Shown here piece after piece: positions 13,850 to 28,150 of a stretch of 64,000 nucleotides of DNA. The stretch is taken from NCBI RefSeq assembly GCF_009914755.1, contig NC_060933.1; one strand, written 5' to 3'. How positions within the stretch are numbered: the first letter of the stretch is position 1; each line of letters opens with the position of its first letter. The notes under the pieces were generated by a model. That model searched no databases and was not told the DNA's origin. It saw nothing but the letters and a program-made list of their open reading frames with translations. The translations under genes and the position numbers were made by a program. The DNA comes from the human T2T-CHM13v2.0 reference genome, Homo sapiens.

Positions 13850-15560
13850 ATTCTCAGAAACTTCTCTGTGATGTTTGCATTCAACTCATAGAGTTGTACA
13901 CTTCCCTTCATACAGCAGGTTTGAAACACTCTTTTTGTAATATTTGGAAGTGGACATTTGCAGCGCTTTGAGGCCTATGTTGAAAAAGGAAATATCTTCT
14001 CCTAAAAACCAGACAGAAGCATTCTCGGAAACTTCCTTGTGATATGTGTACACAAGTAACAGAGTTGAACCTTCCTTTTGACAGATCAGTTTTGAAGCAC
14101 TCTTTTTGTAGAATCTGCAAGTGGATATTTTGATACCTTTGAGGATTTCGTTGGACACGGGATATCTTCATATAAAATCTAGACAGAAGCATTCTCAGAA
14201 ACTTCTTTGTGCTGTATGTCCTCAATTAACACAGTTGAACATTTGTGTGGATACAGCATTTTGGAAACATTCCTTTAGTAGAATCTGCAAGTTGATATTT
14301 AGATAGCTAGGAAGATTTCCTTGGAAACGGGAATATCTTCATATAAAATCTAGACGGAAGCATTCTCAGAAAGTGCTTTGTGATGTTTGCATTCAAGTCA
14401 CTGAGTTGAATATTCTCTTTTATAGAGCAGGTTTGAAACACTCTTTCTGCACTACCTGGAAGTGGACATTTGGAGCGCTTTGAGGCCTATGTTGAAAAAG
14501 GAAATATCTTCTCCTAAAAACCAGACAGAAGCATTCTCAGAAACTTCCTTGTGATGTGTGTTCTCAAGTAACAGAGTTGAACCTTACTTTTGACAGAGCC
14601 GTTTTGAAACAGTCTTTTTGTAGAATCTGGAAGTAGATATTTGGATAGCTTTGAGGATTTCTTTGGAAACGGGATATCTTCATATAAAATCTAGACAGAA
14701 GCATTCTCAGAAACTTCTTTGTGCCGTATGTCCTCAATTAACAGAGTTGAACCTTTGTGTGGATACAGCACTTTGGAAACACTCCTTTAGTAGAATCTGC
14801 AAGTTGATATTTAGATAGCTAGGAAGATTTCCTTGGAAACGGGAATATCTTCACATAAAATCTAGACGGAAGCATTCTCAGAAACTTCTCTGTGATGCTT
14901 GCATTCAACTCATAGAGTTGAACACTTCCTTTCATAGAGCTGGTTTGAAATACTCTTTTTGTAATATTTGGAAGTGGACATTGGCAGCGCTTTGAAGCCT
15001 ATGGTGAAAAAGGAGATATCTTCTCCTAAAAACCAGACAGAAGCATTCTCAGAATCTTTCTTGTGATGTGTGTACTCAAGTAACACAGTTGAACCTTCAT
15101 TTTGACAGAGCAGTTTTGAAGCACTCTTTTTGTAGAATCTGCAAGTGGATATTTTGATACCTTTGAGGATTTCGTTGGACACGGGATATCTTCATATAAA
15201 ATCTAGACAGAAGCATTCTCAGAAACTTCTTTGTGCTGTATGTCCTCAATTAACAGAGTTGAACCTTTGTTTCGATACAGCATTTTGGAAACATTCCTTT
15301 AGTAGAATCTGCAAGTTGATATTTAGATAGCTAGGAAGATTTCCTTGGAAACGGGAATATCTTCATATAAAATCTAGACGGAAGCATTCTCAGAAAGTGC
15401 TTTGTGATGTTTGCATTCAAGTCACAGAGTTGAATATTCCCTTTTATAGAGCAGGTTTGAAACACTCTTTTTGCACTACCTGGAAGTGGACATTTGGAGC
15501 GCTTTGAGGCCTATGTTGAAAAAGGAAATATCTTCCCATAAAAACTAGACAGAAGCATTC
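13850..15560 (+). repeat. Local trimer triplication producing a 13-mer unit
   Basis: Monomer E starts near 14031, 14543 and 15053, each followed by F, with no A monomer between 13366 and 15582 (2216 bp). Confidence 0.85.
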
Positions 15561-18500
15561 TCAGAAACTTGTTTGTGATGTGTGTATTCAACTAACAGAG
15601 ATGAACCTTTCTTTTCACAGAGCAGTTTTGAAACACTCTTTTTGTGGAATCTGAAAGTGGATATTTGGATAGCTTTGAGGATTTCGTTGGAAACGGGATT
15701 ACATATAAAACCTAGAGAGAAGCATTCTCAGGAACTTCTTTGTGATGTTTGCATTCAAGTCACAGAACTGAACATTCCCTTTCATAGAGCAGGTTTGAAA
15801 CACTCTTTCTGTAGTATCTGCAAGCTGACGTTTCAAGCGCTTTCAGGCCTATGGTGAGAAAGGAAATATCTTCAAGTAAAAACTAGGCAGAAGCATTCTC
15901 AGAAACTTATTTGCCATGTGTGTTCTCAACTAACAGAGTTGAACCTTTGTTTTGATACGGCATTTTGGAAACACTCTTTTTGAAGAATCTGCAGGTGGAT
16001 ATTCGGATAGCTTTGAAGGTTTCGTTGGAAACGTGAATATCTTCATATAAAATCTAGACGGAAGCATTCTCAGAAACTGCTTTGTGATGTTTTCATTCAA
16101 GTCACAGAGTAGAATGTTCCCTGTTATATACCAGGTTTGAGACACTCTTTCTGCACTACCTGGAAGTGGACATTTGGAGCGCTTTGAGGCCTATGATGAA
16201 AAAGGAAATATCTTCCCAAAAAACTAGACAGAAGCATTCTCAGAACTTGTTTGTGATGTGTGTATTCAACTAACAGAGATGAACCTTTCTTTTTACAGAG
16301 CAGTTTTGAAACACTCTTTTTGTGGAATCTGAAAGTGGATATTTGGATAGCTTTGAGGATTTCGTTGGAAACGGGATTACATATAAAATCTAGAGAGAAG
16401 CATTCTCAGGAACTTCTTTGTGATGTTTGCATTCACGTCACAGAACTGAACATTCCCTTTCATAGAGCATGTTTGAAACACTCTTTCTGTAGTATCTGCA
16501 AACGGACATTTCAAACGCTTTCAGGCCTATGGTGAGAAAGGAAATATCTTCAAGTAAAAACTAGACAGAAGCATTCTCAGAAACTTATTTGCCATGTGTG
16601 TCCTCAACTAACAGAGTTGAACCTTTGTTTTGATACGGCATTTTGGAAACACTCTTTTTGTAGAATCTGCAGGTGGATATTCGGATAGCTTTGAAGGTTT
16701 CGTTGGAAACGGGAATATCTTCATATAAAATCTAGACGGAAGCATTCTCAGAAACTGCTTTGTGATGTTTTCATTCAAGTCACAGAGTAGAATGTTCCCT
16801 GTTATATACCAGGTTTGAGACACACTTTCTGCACTACCTGGAAGTGCACATTTGGAGCGCTTTGAAGCCTATGATGAAAAAGGAAATATCTTCCCATAAA
16901 AACTAGACAGAAGCATTCTCAGAAACTTGTTTGTGATGTGTGTATTCAACTAACAGAGATGAACCTTTCTTTTTACAGAGCAGTTTTCAAACACTCTTTT
17001 TGTGGAATCTGAAAGTGGATATTTGGTTAGCTTTGAGGATTTCGTTGGAAACGGGATTACATATAAAATCTAGAGAGAAGCATTCTCAGGAACTTCTTTG
17101 TGATGTTTGCATTCAAGTCACAGAACTGAACATTCCCTTTCATAGAGCATGTTTGAAACACTCTTTCTGTAGTATCTGCAAACGGATATTTCAAACGCTT
17201 TCAGGCCTATGGAGAGAAAGGAAATATCTTCAAATAAAAACTAGACAGAAGCATTCTCAGAAACTTATTTGCGATGTGTGTCCTCAACTAACAGAGTTGA
17301 ACCTTTCTTTTGGTACAACATTTTGGAAACACTCTTTTTGTAGAATCTGCAAGTGGATATTTGGATAGCTTTGAAGGTTTCGTTGGAAACGGGAATATCT
17401 TCATATAAAATCAAGACAGAAGCATTCTCAGAAACTTCTCTGTCATGTTTGCATTCAACTCATAGAGTTGAACACTTCCCTTCATACAGCAGGTTTGAAA
17501 CACTCTTTTTGTAATATTTGGAAGTGGACATTTGCAGCGCTTTGAGGCCTATGTTGAAAAAGGAAATATCTTCTCCTAAAAACCAGACAGAAGCATTCTC
17601 AGAAACTTCCTTGTGATGTGGGTACTCAAGTAACAGAGTTGAACCTTACTTTTGACAGAGCCGTTTTGAAACAGTCTTTTTGTAGAATCTGGAAGTAGAT
17701 ATTTGGATACCTTTGAGGATTTCTTTGGAAAAGGGATATCTTCATATAAAATCTAGACAGAAGCATTCTCAGAAACTTCTTTGTGCTGTATGTCCTCAAT
17801 TAACAGAGTTGAACCTTTGTGTGGATACAGCATTTTGGAAACACTCCTTTAGTAGAATCTGCTAGTTGATATATAGATAGCTAGGAAGATTTCCTTGGAA
17901 ACGGGAATATCTTCACATAAAATATAGACGGAAGCATTCTCAGAAACTGCTTTGTGATGTCTTTATTCAAGTCACAGAGTAGAATGTTCCCTTTTATAGA
18001 GCAGGTTTGAAACACTCAGTGCACTACCTGGAAGTGGACATTTGGAGCGCTTTGAGGCCTATGTTGAAAAAGGAAATATCTTCCCATAGAAACTAGACAG
18101 AAGCATTCTCAGAAACTTGTTTGTGATGTGTGTATTCAACTAACAGAGATGAACCTTTCTTTTTACAGAGCAGTTTTGAAACACTCTTTTTGTGGAATCT
18201 GAAAGTGGATATTTGGATAGCTTTGAGGATTTCGTTGGAAACGGGATTACATATAAAATCTAGGGAGAAGCATTCTCAGGAACTTCTGTGTGATGTTTGC
18301 ATTCAAGTCACAGAACTGAACATTCCCTTTCATAGAGCAGGTTTGAAACACTCTTTCTGTAGTATCTGCAAGCGGACGTTTCAAGCGCTTTCAGGCCTGT
18401 GGTGAAAAAGGAAATATCTTCAAATAAAAACTAGACAGAAGCATTATCAGAAACTTATTTGCGATGTGTGTTCTCAACTAACAGAGTTGAACCTTTGTTT

Positions 18501-21500
18501 TGATACAGCATTTTGGAAACACTCTTTTTGTAGAATCTGCAGGTGGATATTTGGATAGCTTTGAAGGTTTCGTTGGAAACGGGAATATCTTCATATAAAA
18601 TCAACACAGAAGCCTTCTCAGAAACTTCTCTGTGATGTTTGCATTGAACTCATAGAGTTGAACACTTCCTTTCATAGAGCTGGTTTGAAATACTCTTTTT
18701 GTAATATTTGGAAGTGGACATTGGCAGCGCTTTGAAGCCTGTGGTGAAAAAGGAGATATCTTCTCCTAAAAACCAGACAGAAGCATTCTCAGAATCTTTC
18801 TTGTGATGTGTGTACTCAAGTAACACAGTTGAACCTTCATTTTGACAGAGCAGTTTTGAAGCACTCTTTTTGTAGAATCTGCAAGTGGATATTTTGATAC
18901 CTTTGAGGATTTCGTTGGACACGGGATATCTTCATATAAAATCTAGACAGAAGCATTCTCAGAAACTTCTTTGTGCTGTATGTCCTCAATTAACAGAGTT
19001 GAACCTTTGTTTCGATACAGCATTTTGGAAACATTCCTTTAGTAGAATCTGCAAGTTGATATTTAGATAGCTAGGAAGATTTCCTTGGAAACGGGAATAT
19101 CTTCATATAAAATCTAGACGGAAGCATTCTCAGAAAGTGCTTTGTGATGTTTGCATTCAAGTCACAGAGTTGAATATTCCCTTTTATAGAGCAGGTTTGA
19201 AACACTCTTTTTGCACTACCTGGAAGTGGACATTTGGAGCGCTTTGAGGCCTATGTTGAAAAAGGAAATATCTTCCCATAAAAACTAGACAGAAGCATTC
19301 TCAGAAACTTGTTTGTGATGTGTGTATTCAACTACCAGAGATGAACCTTTCTTTTTACAGAGCAGTTTTGAAACACTCTTTTTGTGGAATCTGAAAGTGG
19401 ATATTTGGATAGCTTTGAGGATTTCGTTGGAAACGGGATTACATATAAAACCTAGAGAGAAGCATTCTCAGGAACTTCTTTGTGATGTTTGCATTCAAGT
19501 CACAGAACTGAACATTCCCTTTCATAGAGCATGTTTGAAACACTCTTTCTGTAGTATCTGCAAGCTGACGTTTCAAGCGCTTTCAGGCCTATGGTGAGAA
19601 AGGAAATATCTTCAAGTAAAAACTAGACAGAAGCATTCTCAGAAACTTATTTGCCATGTGTGTTCTCAACTAACAGAGTTGAACCTTTGTTTTGATACGG
19701 CATTTTGGAAACACTCTTTTTGTAGAATCTGCAGGTGGATATTCGGATAGCTTTGAAGGTTTCGTTGCAAACGGGAATATCTTCATATAAAATCTAGACG
19801 GAAGCATTCTCAGAAACTGCTTTGTGATGTTTTCATTCAAGTCACAGAGTAGAATGTTCCCTGTTATATACCAGGTTTGAGACACTCTTTCTGCACTACC
19901 TGGAAGTGGACATTTGGAGCGCTTTGAGGCCTATGATGAAAAAGGAAATATCTTCCCATAAAAACTAGACAGAAGCATTCTCAGAAACTTGTTTGTGATG
20001 TGTGTATTCAACTATCAGAGATGAACCTTTCTTTTTACAGAGCAGTTTGGAAACACTCTTTTTGTGGAATCTGAAAGTGGATATTTGGATAGCTTTGAGA
20101 ATTTCATTGGAAACGGGATTACATATAAAATCTAGGGAGAAGCATTCTCAGGAACTTCTGTGTGATGTTTGCATTCAAGTCACAGAACTGAACATTCCCT
20201 TTCATAGAGTAGGTTTGAAACACTCTTTCTGTTGTATCTGCAAGTGGACGTTTCAAGCGCTTTAAGGCCTGTGGTGAAAAAGGAAATATCTTCAAATAAA
20301 AATTAGACAGAAGCATTCTCAGAAACTTCTTTGCGATGTGTGTTCTCAACTAACAGAGTTGAACCTTTGTTTTGATACAGCATTTTGGAAACACTCTTTT
20401 TGTAGGATCTGCAGGTGGATATTTGGATAGCTTTGAAGGTTTCGTTGGAAACGGGAATATCTTCATATAAAATCAACACAGAAGCATTCTCAGAAACTTC
20501 TCTGTGATGTTTGCATTCAACTCATAGAGTTGAACACTTCCTTTCATAGAGCTGGTTTGAAATACTCTTTTTGTAATATTTGGAAGTGGACATTGGCAGC
20601 GCTTTGAAGCCTATGGTGAAAAAGGAGATATCTTCTCCTAAAAACCAGACAGACGCATTCTCAGAATCTTTCTTGTGATGTGTGTACTCAAGTAACAGAG
20701 TTGAACCTTCATTTTGACAGAGCAGTTTTGAAGCACTCTTTTTGTAGAATCTACAAGTTGATATTTTGATACCTTTGAGGATTTCGTTGGACACGGGATA
20801 TCTTCATATAAAATCTAGACAGAAGCATTCTCAGAAACTTCTTTGTGCTGTATGTCCTCAATTAACAGAGTTGAACCTTTGTGTGGATACAGCATTTTGG
20901 AAACATTCCTTTAGTAGAATCTGCAAGTTGATATTTAGATAGCTAGGAAGATTTCCTTGGAAACGGGAATATCTTCATATATAATCTAGACGGAAGCATT
21001 CTCAGAAAGTGCTTTGTGATGTTTGCCTTCAAGTCACAGAGTTGAATATTCCCTTTTATAGAGCAGGTTTGAAACACTCTTTCTGCACTACCTGGAAGTG
21101 GACATTTGGAGCGCTTTGAGGCCTATGTTGAAAAAGGAAATATCTTCCCATAAAAACTAGACAGAAGCATTCTCAGAAACTTGTTTGTGATGTGTGTATT
21201 CAACTAACAGAGATGAACCTTTCTTTTTACAGAGTAGTTTTGAAACACTCTTTTTGTGGAATCCGAAAGTGGATATTTGGATAGCTTTGAGGATTTCTTT
21301 GGAAACGGGATTACATATAAAATCTAGGGAGAAGCATTCTCAGGAACTTCTTTGTGATGTTTGCATTCAAGTCACAGAACTGAACATTCCCTTTCATAGA
21401 GCAGGTTTGAAACACTCTTTCTGTAGTATCTGCAAGCGGACGTTTGAAGCGCTTTCAGGCCTGTGGTGAAAAAGGAAATATCTTCAAATAAAAACTAGAC

Positions 21501-21829
21501 AGAAGCATTCTCAGAATCTTATTTGCGATGTGTGTCCTCAACTAACAGAGTTGAACCTTTCTTTTGATACAACATTTTGGAAACACTCTTTTTGTAGAAT
21601 CTGCAAGTGGATATTTGGATAGCTTTGAAGGTTTCGTTGGAAACGGGAATATCTTCATATAAAATCAAGACAGAAGCATTCTCAGAAACTTCTCTGTGAT
21701 GTTTGCATTCAACTCATAGAGTTGAACACTTCCTTTCATACAGCAGGTTTGAAACACTCTTTTTGTAATATTTGGAAGTGGACATTTGCAGCGCTTTGAG
21801 GCCTATGTTGAAAAAGGAAATATCTTCCC

Positions 21830-24230
21830 ATAGAAACTAGACAGAAGCATTCTCAGAAACTTGTTTGTGATGTGTGTATTCAGCTAACAGAGATGAACCT
21901 TTCTTTTTACAGAGCAGTTTTCAAACACTCTTTTTGTGGAATCTGAAAGTGGATATTTGGATAGCTTTGAGGATTTCGTTGGAAACGGTATTACATATAA
22001 AATCTAGGGAGAAGCATTCTCAGGAACTTCTTTGTGATGTTTGCATTCAAGTCACAGAACTGAACATTCCCTTTCATAGTGCAGGTTTGAAACACTCTTT
22101 CTGTAGTATCTGCAAGCTGACGTTTCAAGCGCTTTCAGGCCTGTGGTGAAAAAGGAAATATCTTCAAATAAAAACTAGACAGAAGCACTCTCAGAAACTT
22201 ATTTGCGATGTGTGTTCTCAACTAACAGAGTTGAACCTTTGTTTGGATACAACATTTTGGAAACACTCTTTTTGTAGAATCTGCAAGTGGATATTTGGAT
22301 AGCTTTGAAGGTTTCGTTGTTAACGGGAATATCTTCATATAAAATCAAGACAGAAGCATTCTCAGAAACTTCTCTGTGATGTTTGCATTCATCTTATAGA
22401 GTTGAACACTTCCCTTCATACAGCAGGTTTGAAACACTCTTTTTCTAATATTTGGAAGTGGACATTGGCAGCGATTTGAGGCCTATGTTGAAAAAGGAAA
22501 TATCTTCTCCTAAAAACCAGACAGAAGCATTCTCAGAAACTTCCTTGTGATGTGTGTACTCAAGTAACAGAGTTGAACCTTCCTTTTGACAGAGCAGTTT
22601 TGAAGCACTCTTTTTGTAGAATCTGCAAGTGGATATTTTGATACCTTTGAGGATTTCGTTGGACACGGGATATCTTCATATAAAATCTAGACAGAAGCAT
22701 TCTCAGAAACTTCTTTGTGCTGTATGTCCTCAATTAACAGAGTTGAACCTTTGTGTGGATACAGCATTTTGGAAACACTCCTTTAGTAGAATCTGCAAGT
22801 TGATATTTAGATAGCTAGGAAGATTTCCTTGGAAACGGGAATATCTTCACATAAAATCTAGACGGAAGCATTCTCAGAAACTGCTTTGTGATGTCTTCAT
22901 TCAAGTCACAGAGTAGAATGTTCCCTTTTATAGAGCAGGTTTGAAACACTCAGTGCACTACCTGGAAGTGGACATTTGGAGCGCTTTGAGGCCTATGTTG
23001 AAAAAGGAAATATCTTCCCATAGAAACTAGACAGAAGCATTCTCAGAAACTTGTTTGGGATGTGTGTATTCAGCTAACAGAGATGAACCTTTCTTTTTAC
23101 AGAGCAGTTTTGAAACACTCTTTTTGTGGAATCTGAAAGTGGATATTTGGATAGCTTTGAGGATTTCGTTGGAAACGGTATTACATATAAAATCTAGGGA
23201 GAAGCATTCTCAGGAACTTCTTTGTGATGTTTGCATTCAAGTCACAGAACTGAACATTCCCTTTCATAGTGCAGGTTTGAAACACTCTTTCTGTAGTATC
23301 TGCAAGCTGACGTTTCAAGCGCTTTCAGGCCTGTGGTGAAAAAGGAAATATCTTCAAATAAAAACTAGACAGAAGCACTCTCAGAAACTTATTTGCGATG
23401 TGTGTTCTCAACTAACAGAGTTGAACCTTTGTTTGGATACAACATTTTGGAAACACTCTTTTTGTAGAATCTGCAAGTGGATATTTGGATAGCTTTGAAG
23501 GTTTCGTTGTTAACGGGAATATCTTCATATAAAATCAAGACAGAAGCATTCTCAGAAACTTCTCTGTGATGTTTGCATTCATCTTATAGAGTTGAACACT
23601 TCCCTTCATACAGCAGGTTTGAAACACTCTTTTTCTAATATTTGGAAGTGGACATTGGCAGCGATTTGAGGCCTATGTTGAAAAAGGAAATATCTTCTCC
23701 TAAAAACCAGACAGAAGCATTCTCAGAAACTTCCTTGTGATGTGTGTACTCAAGTAACAGAGTTGAACCTTCCTTTTGACAGAGCAGTTTTGAAGCACTC
23801 TTTTTGTAGAATCTGCAAGTGGATATTTTGATACCTTTGAGGATTTCGTTGGACACGGGATATCTTCATATAAAATCTAGACAGAAGCATTCTCAGAAAC
23901 TTCTTTGTGCTGTATGTCCTCAATTAACAGAGTTGAACCTTTGTGTGGATACAGCATTTTGGAAACACTCCTTTAGTAGAATCTGCAAGTTGATATTTAG
24001 ATAGCTAGGAAGATTTCCTTGGAAACGGGAATATCTTCACATAAAATCTAGACGGAAGCATTCTCAGAAACTGCTTTGTGATGTCTTCATTCAAGTCACA
24101 GAGTAGAATGTTCCCTTTTATAGAGCAGGTTTGAAACACTCAGTGCACTACCTGGAAGTGGACATTTGGAGCGCTTTGAGGCCTATGTTGAAAAAGGAAA
24201 TATCTTCCCATAGAAACTAGACAGAAGCAT
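21830..24230 (+). repeat. Near-identical tandem duplication of one 7-mer (1190 bp)
   Basis: Variants 'cagctaac', 'aaacggta', 'aagcactc', 'gttgttaac', 'atcttataga', 'ttttctaata' and 'gcgatttgag' all repeat exactly 1190 bp apart. Confidence 0.9.
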
Positions 24231-27200
24231 TCTCAGAAACTTGTTTGTGATGTGTGTATTCAACTAACAGAGATGAACCTTTCTTTTTACAGAGCAGTTT
24301 TGAAACACTCTTTTTGTGGAATCTGAAAGTGGATATTTGGATAGCTTTGAGGATTTCGTTGGAAACGGGATTACATATAAAATCTAGGGAGAAGCATTCT
24401 CAGGAACTTCTTTGTGATGTTTGCATTCAAGTCACAGAACTGAACATTCCCTTTCATAGAGCAGCTTTGAAACACTCTTTCTGTAACATCTGCAAGCGGA
24501 AGTTTCAAGCGCTTTCAGGCCTGTGGTGAAAAAGGAAATATCTTCAAATAAAAACTAGACAGAAGCATTCTCAGAAACTAATTTGCGATGTGTGTTCTCA
24601 ACTAACAGAGTTGAACCTTTGTTTGGATACAGCATTTTGGAAACACACTTTTTGTAGGATCTGCAGGTGGATATTTGGATAGCTTTGAAGGTTTCGTTGG
24701 AAACGGGAATATCCTCATATAAAATCAAGACAGAAGCATTCTCAGAAACTTCTCTGTGATGTTTGCATTCAACTCATAGAGTTGAACACTTCCTTTCATA
24801 GAGCAGGTTTGAAACACTCTGTGCACTACCTGGAAGTGGACCTTTGGAGCGCTTTGAGGCCTATGTTGAAAAAGGAAATATCTTCCCATAAAAACTAGAC
24901 AGAAGCATTCTCAGAAACTTGTTTGTGATGTGTGTATTCAACTAAGAGAGTTGAACCTTTCTTTTTACAGAGTAGTTTTGAAACACTCTTTTTGTGGAAT
25001 CCGAAAGTGGATATTTGGATAGCTTTGAGGATTTCGTTGGAAACGGGATTACATATAAAATCTAGGGAGAAGCATTCTCAGGAACTTCTTTGTGATGTTT
25101 GCATTCAAGTCACAGAACTGAACATTCCCTTTCATAGAGCAGGTTTGAAACACTCTTTCTGTAGTATCTGCAAGCGGACGTTTGAAGCGCTTTCAGGCCT
25201 GTGGTGAAAAAGGAAATATCTTCAAATAAAAACTAGACAGAAGCATTCTCAGAAACTTATTTGCGATGTGTGTCCTCAACTAACAGAGTTGAACCTTTCT
25301 TTTGATACAACATTTTGGAAACACTCTTTTTGTAGAATCTGCAAGTGGATATTTGGATAGCTTTGAAGGTTTCGTTGGAAACGGGAATATCTTCATATAA
25401 AATCAAGACAGAAGCATTCTCAGAAACTTCTCTGTGATGTTTGCATTCAACTCATAGAGTTGAACACTTCCTTTCATACAGCAGGTTTGAAACACTCTTT
25501 TTGTAATATTTGGAAGTGGACATTTGCAGCGCTTTGAGGCCTATGTTGAAAAAGGAAATATCTTCTCCTAAAAACCAGACAGAAGCATTCTCAGAAACTT
25601 CCTTGTGATGTGTGTACTCAAGTAACAGAGTTGAACTTTACTTTTGACAGAGCCGTTTTGAAACAGTCTTTTTGTAGAATCTGGAACTAGATATTTGGAT
25701 ACCTTTGAGGATTTCTTTGGAAACGGGATATCTTCATATAAAATCTAGACAGAAGCATTCTCAGGAACTTCTTTGTGCTGTATGTCCTCAATTAACAGAG
25801 TTGAACCTTTGTGTGGATACAGCATTTTGGAAACATTCCTTTAGTAGAATCTGCAAGTTGATATTTAGATAGCTAATAAGATTTCCTTGGAAAAGGGAAT
25901 ATCTTCATATAAAATCTAGACGGAAGCATTCTCAGAAACTGCTTTGTGATGTCTTCATTCAAGTCACAGAGTAGAATGTTCCCTTTTATAGAGCAGGTTT
26001 GAAACACTCTGTGCACTACCTGGAAGTGGACATTTGGAGCGCTTTGAGGCCTATGTTGAAAAAGGAAATATCTTCCCATAGAAACTAGACAGAAGCATTC
26101 TCAGAAACCTGTTTGTGATGTGTTTATTCAACTAACAGAGATGAACCTTTCTTTTTACAGAGTAGTTTTGAAACACTCTTTTTGTGGAATCTGAAATTGG
26201 ATATTTGGATAGCTTTGAGGATTTCGTTGGAAACGGGATTACATATAAAACCTAGAGAGAAGCATTCTCAGGAACTTCTTTGTGATGTTTGCATTCAAGT
26301 CACAGAACTGAACATTCCCTTTCATAGTGCAGGTTTGAAACACTCTTTCTGTAGTATCTGCAAGCTGACGTTTCAAGCGCTTTCAGGCCTGTGGTGAAAA
26401 AGGAAATATCTTCAAATAAAAACTAGACAGAAGCACTCTCAGAAACTTATTTGCGATGTGTGTTCTCAACTAACAGAGTTGAACCTTTGTTTGGATACAA
26501 CATTTTGGAAACACTCTTTTTGTAGAATCTGCAAGTGGATATTTGGATAGCTTTGAAGGTTTCGTTGTTAACGGGAATATCTTCATATAAAATCAAGACA
26601 GAAGAATTCTCAGAAACTTCTCTGTGATGTTTGCATTCAACTCATAGAGTTGAACACTTCCCTTCATACAGCAGGTTTGAAACACTCTTTTTGTAATATT
26701 TGGAAGTGGACATTGGCAGCGCTTTGAGGCCTATGTTGAAAAAGGAAATATCTTCTCCTAAAAACCAGACAGAAGCATTCTCAGAAACTTCCTTGTGATG
26801 TGTGTACTCAAGTAACAGAGTTGAACCTTCCTTTTGACAGAGCAGTTTTGAAGCACTCTTTTTGTAGAATCTGCAAGTGGATATTTTGATACCTTTGAGG
26901 ATTTCGTTGGACACGGGATATCTTCATATAAAATCTAGACAGAAGCATTCTCAGAAACTTCTTTGTGCTGTATGTCCTCAATTAACAGAGTTGAACCTTT
27001 GTGTGGATACAGCATTTTGGAAACATTCCTTTAGTAGAATCTGCAAGTTGATATTTAGATAGCTAGGAAGATTTCCTTGGAAACGGGAATATCTTCATAT
27101 AAAATCTAGCCGGAAGCATTCTCAGAAAGTGCTTTGTGATGTTTGCATTCAAGTCACAGAGTTGAATATTCCCTTTTATAGAGCAGGTTTGAAACACTCT

Positions 27201-27279
27201 TTCTGCACTACCTGGAAGTGGACATTTGGAGCGCTTTGAGGCCTATGTTGAAAAAGGAAATATCTTCCCATAAAAACTA

Positions 27280-28150
27280 GACAGAAGCATTCTCAGAAAC
27301 ATATTTGCCATGTGTGTTCTCAACTAACAGAGTTGAACCTTTGTTTTGATACAGCATTTTGGAAACACTCTTTTTGTAGAATCTGCAGGTGGATATTCGG
27401 ATAGCTTTGAAGGTTTCGTTGGAAACGGGAATATCTTCATATAAAATCAAGACAGAAGCATTCTCAGAAACTTCTCTGTGATGTTTGCATTCAACTCATA
27501 GAGTTGAACACTTCCCTTCATAGAGCAGGTTTGAAACACTCTTTTTGTAATATTTGGAAGTGGACATTTGCAGCGCTTTGAGGCCTATGTTGAAAAAGGA
27601 AATATCTTCTCCTATAAACCAGACAGAAGAATTCTCAGAAACTTCCTTGTGATGTGTGTACTCAAGTAACAGAGTTGAACCTTACTTTTGACAGAGCCGT
27701 TTTGAAACAGTCTTTTTGTAGAATCTGGAAGTAGATATTTGGATACCTTTGAGGATTTCTTTGGAAACGGGATATCTTCATATAAAATCTAGACAGAAGC
27801 ATTCTCAGAAACTTCTTTGTGCTGTATGTCCTCAATTAACAGAGTTGAACCTTTGTGTGGATACAGCATTTTGGAAACACTCCTTTAGTAGAATCTGCAA
27901 GTTGATATTTAGATAGCTAGGAAGATTTCCTTGGAAACGGGAATATCTTCACATAAAATCTAGACGGAAGCATTCTCAGAAACTTCTCTGTGATGCTTGC
28001 ATTCAACTCATAGAGTTGAACACTTCCTTTCATAGAGCAGGTTTGAAACACTCTGTGCACTACCTGGAAGTGGACATTTGGAGCGCTTTGAGGCGTATGT
28101 TGAAAAAGGAAATATCTTCCCATAAAAACTAGACAGAAGCATTCTCAGAA
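27280..28150 (+). repeat. 5-mer variant (7-mer lacking monomers A and B)
   Basis: G is followed directly by 'aaacatatttgccatgtgtg' (C type) at ~27297. The A-to-A distance is 2044 = 1192 + 1190 - 338. Confidence 0.85.

Noticed and set aside
12688-17368. Longer 142-aa ORFs at 12688 and 16940
   Set aside because: Each arises from a single substitution removing a TGA, giving read-through into the next monomer; there is no evidence of coding function.
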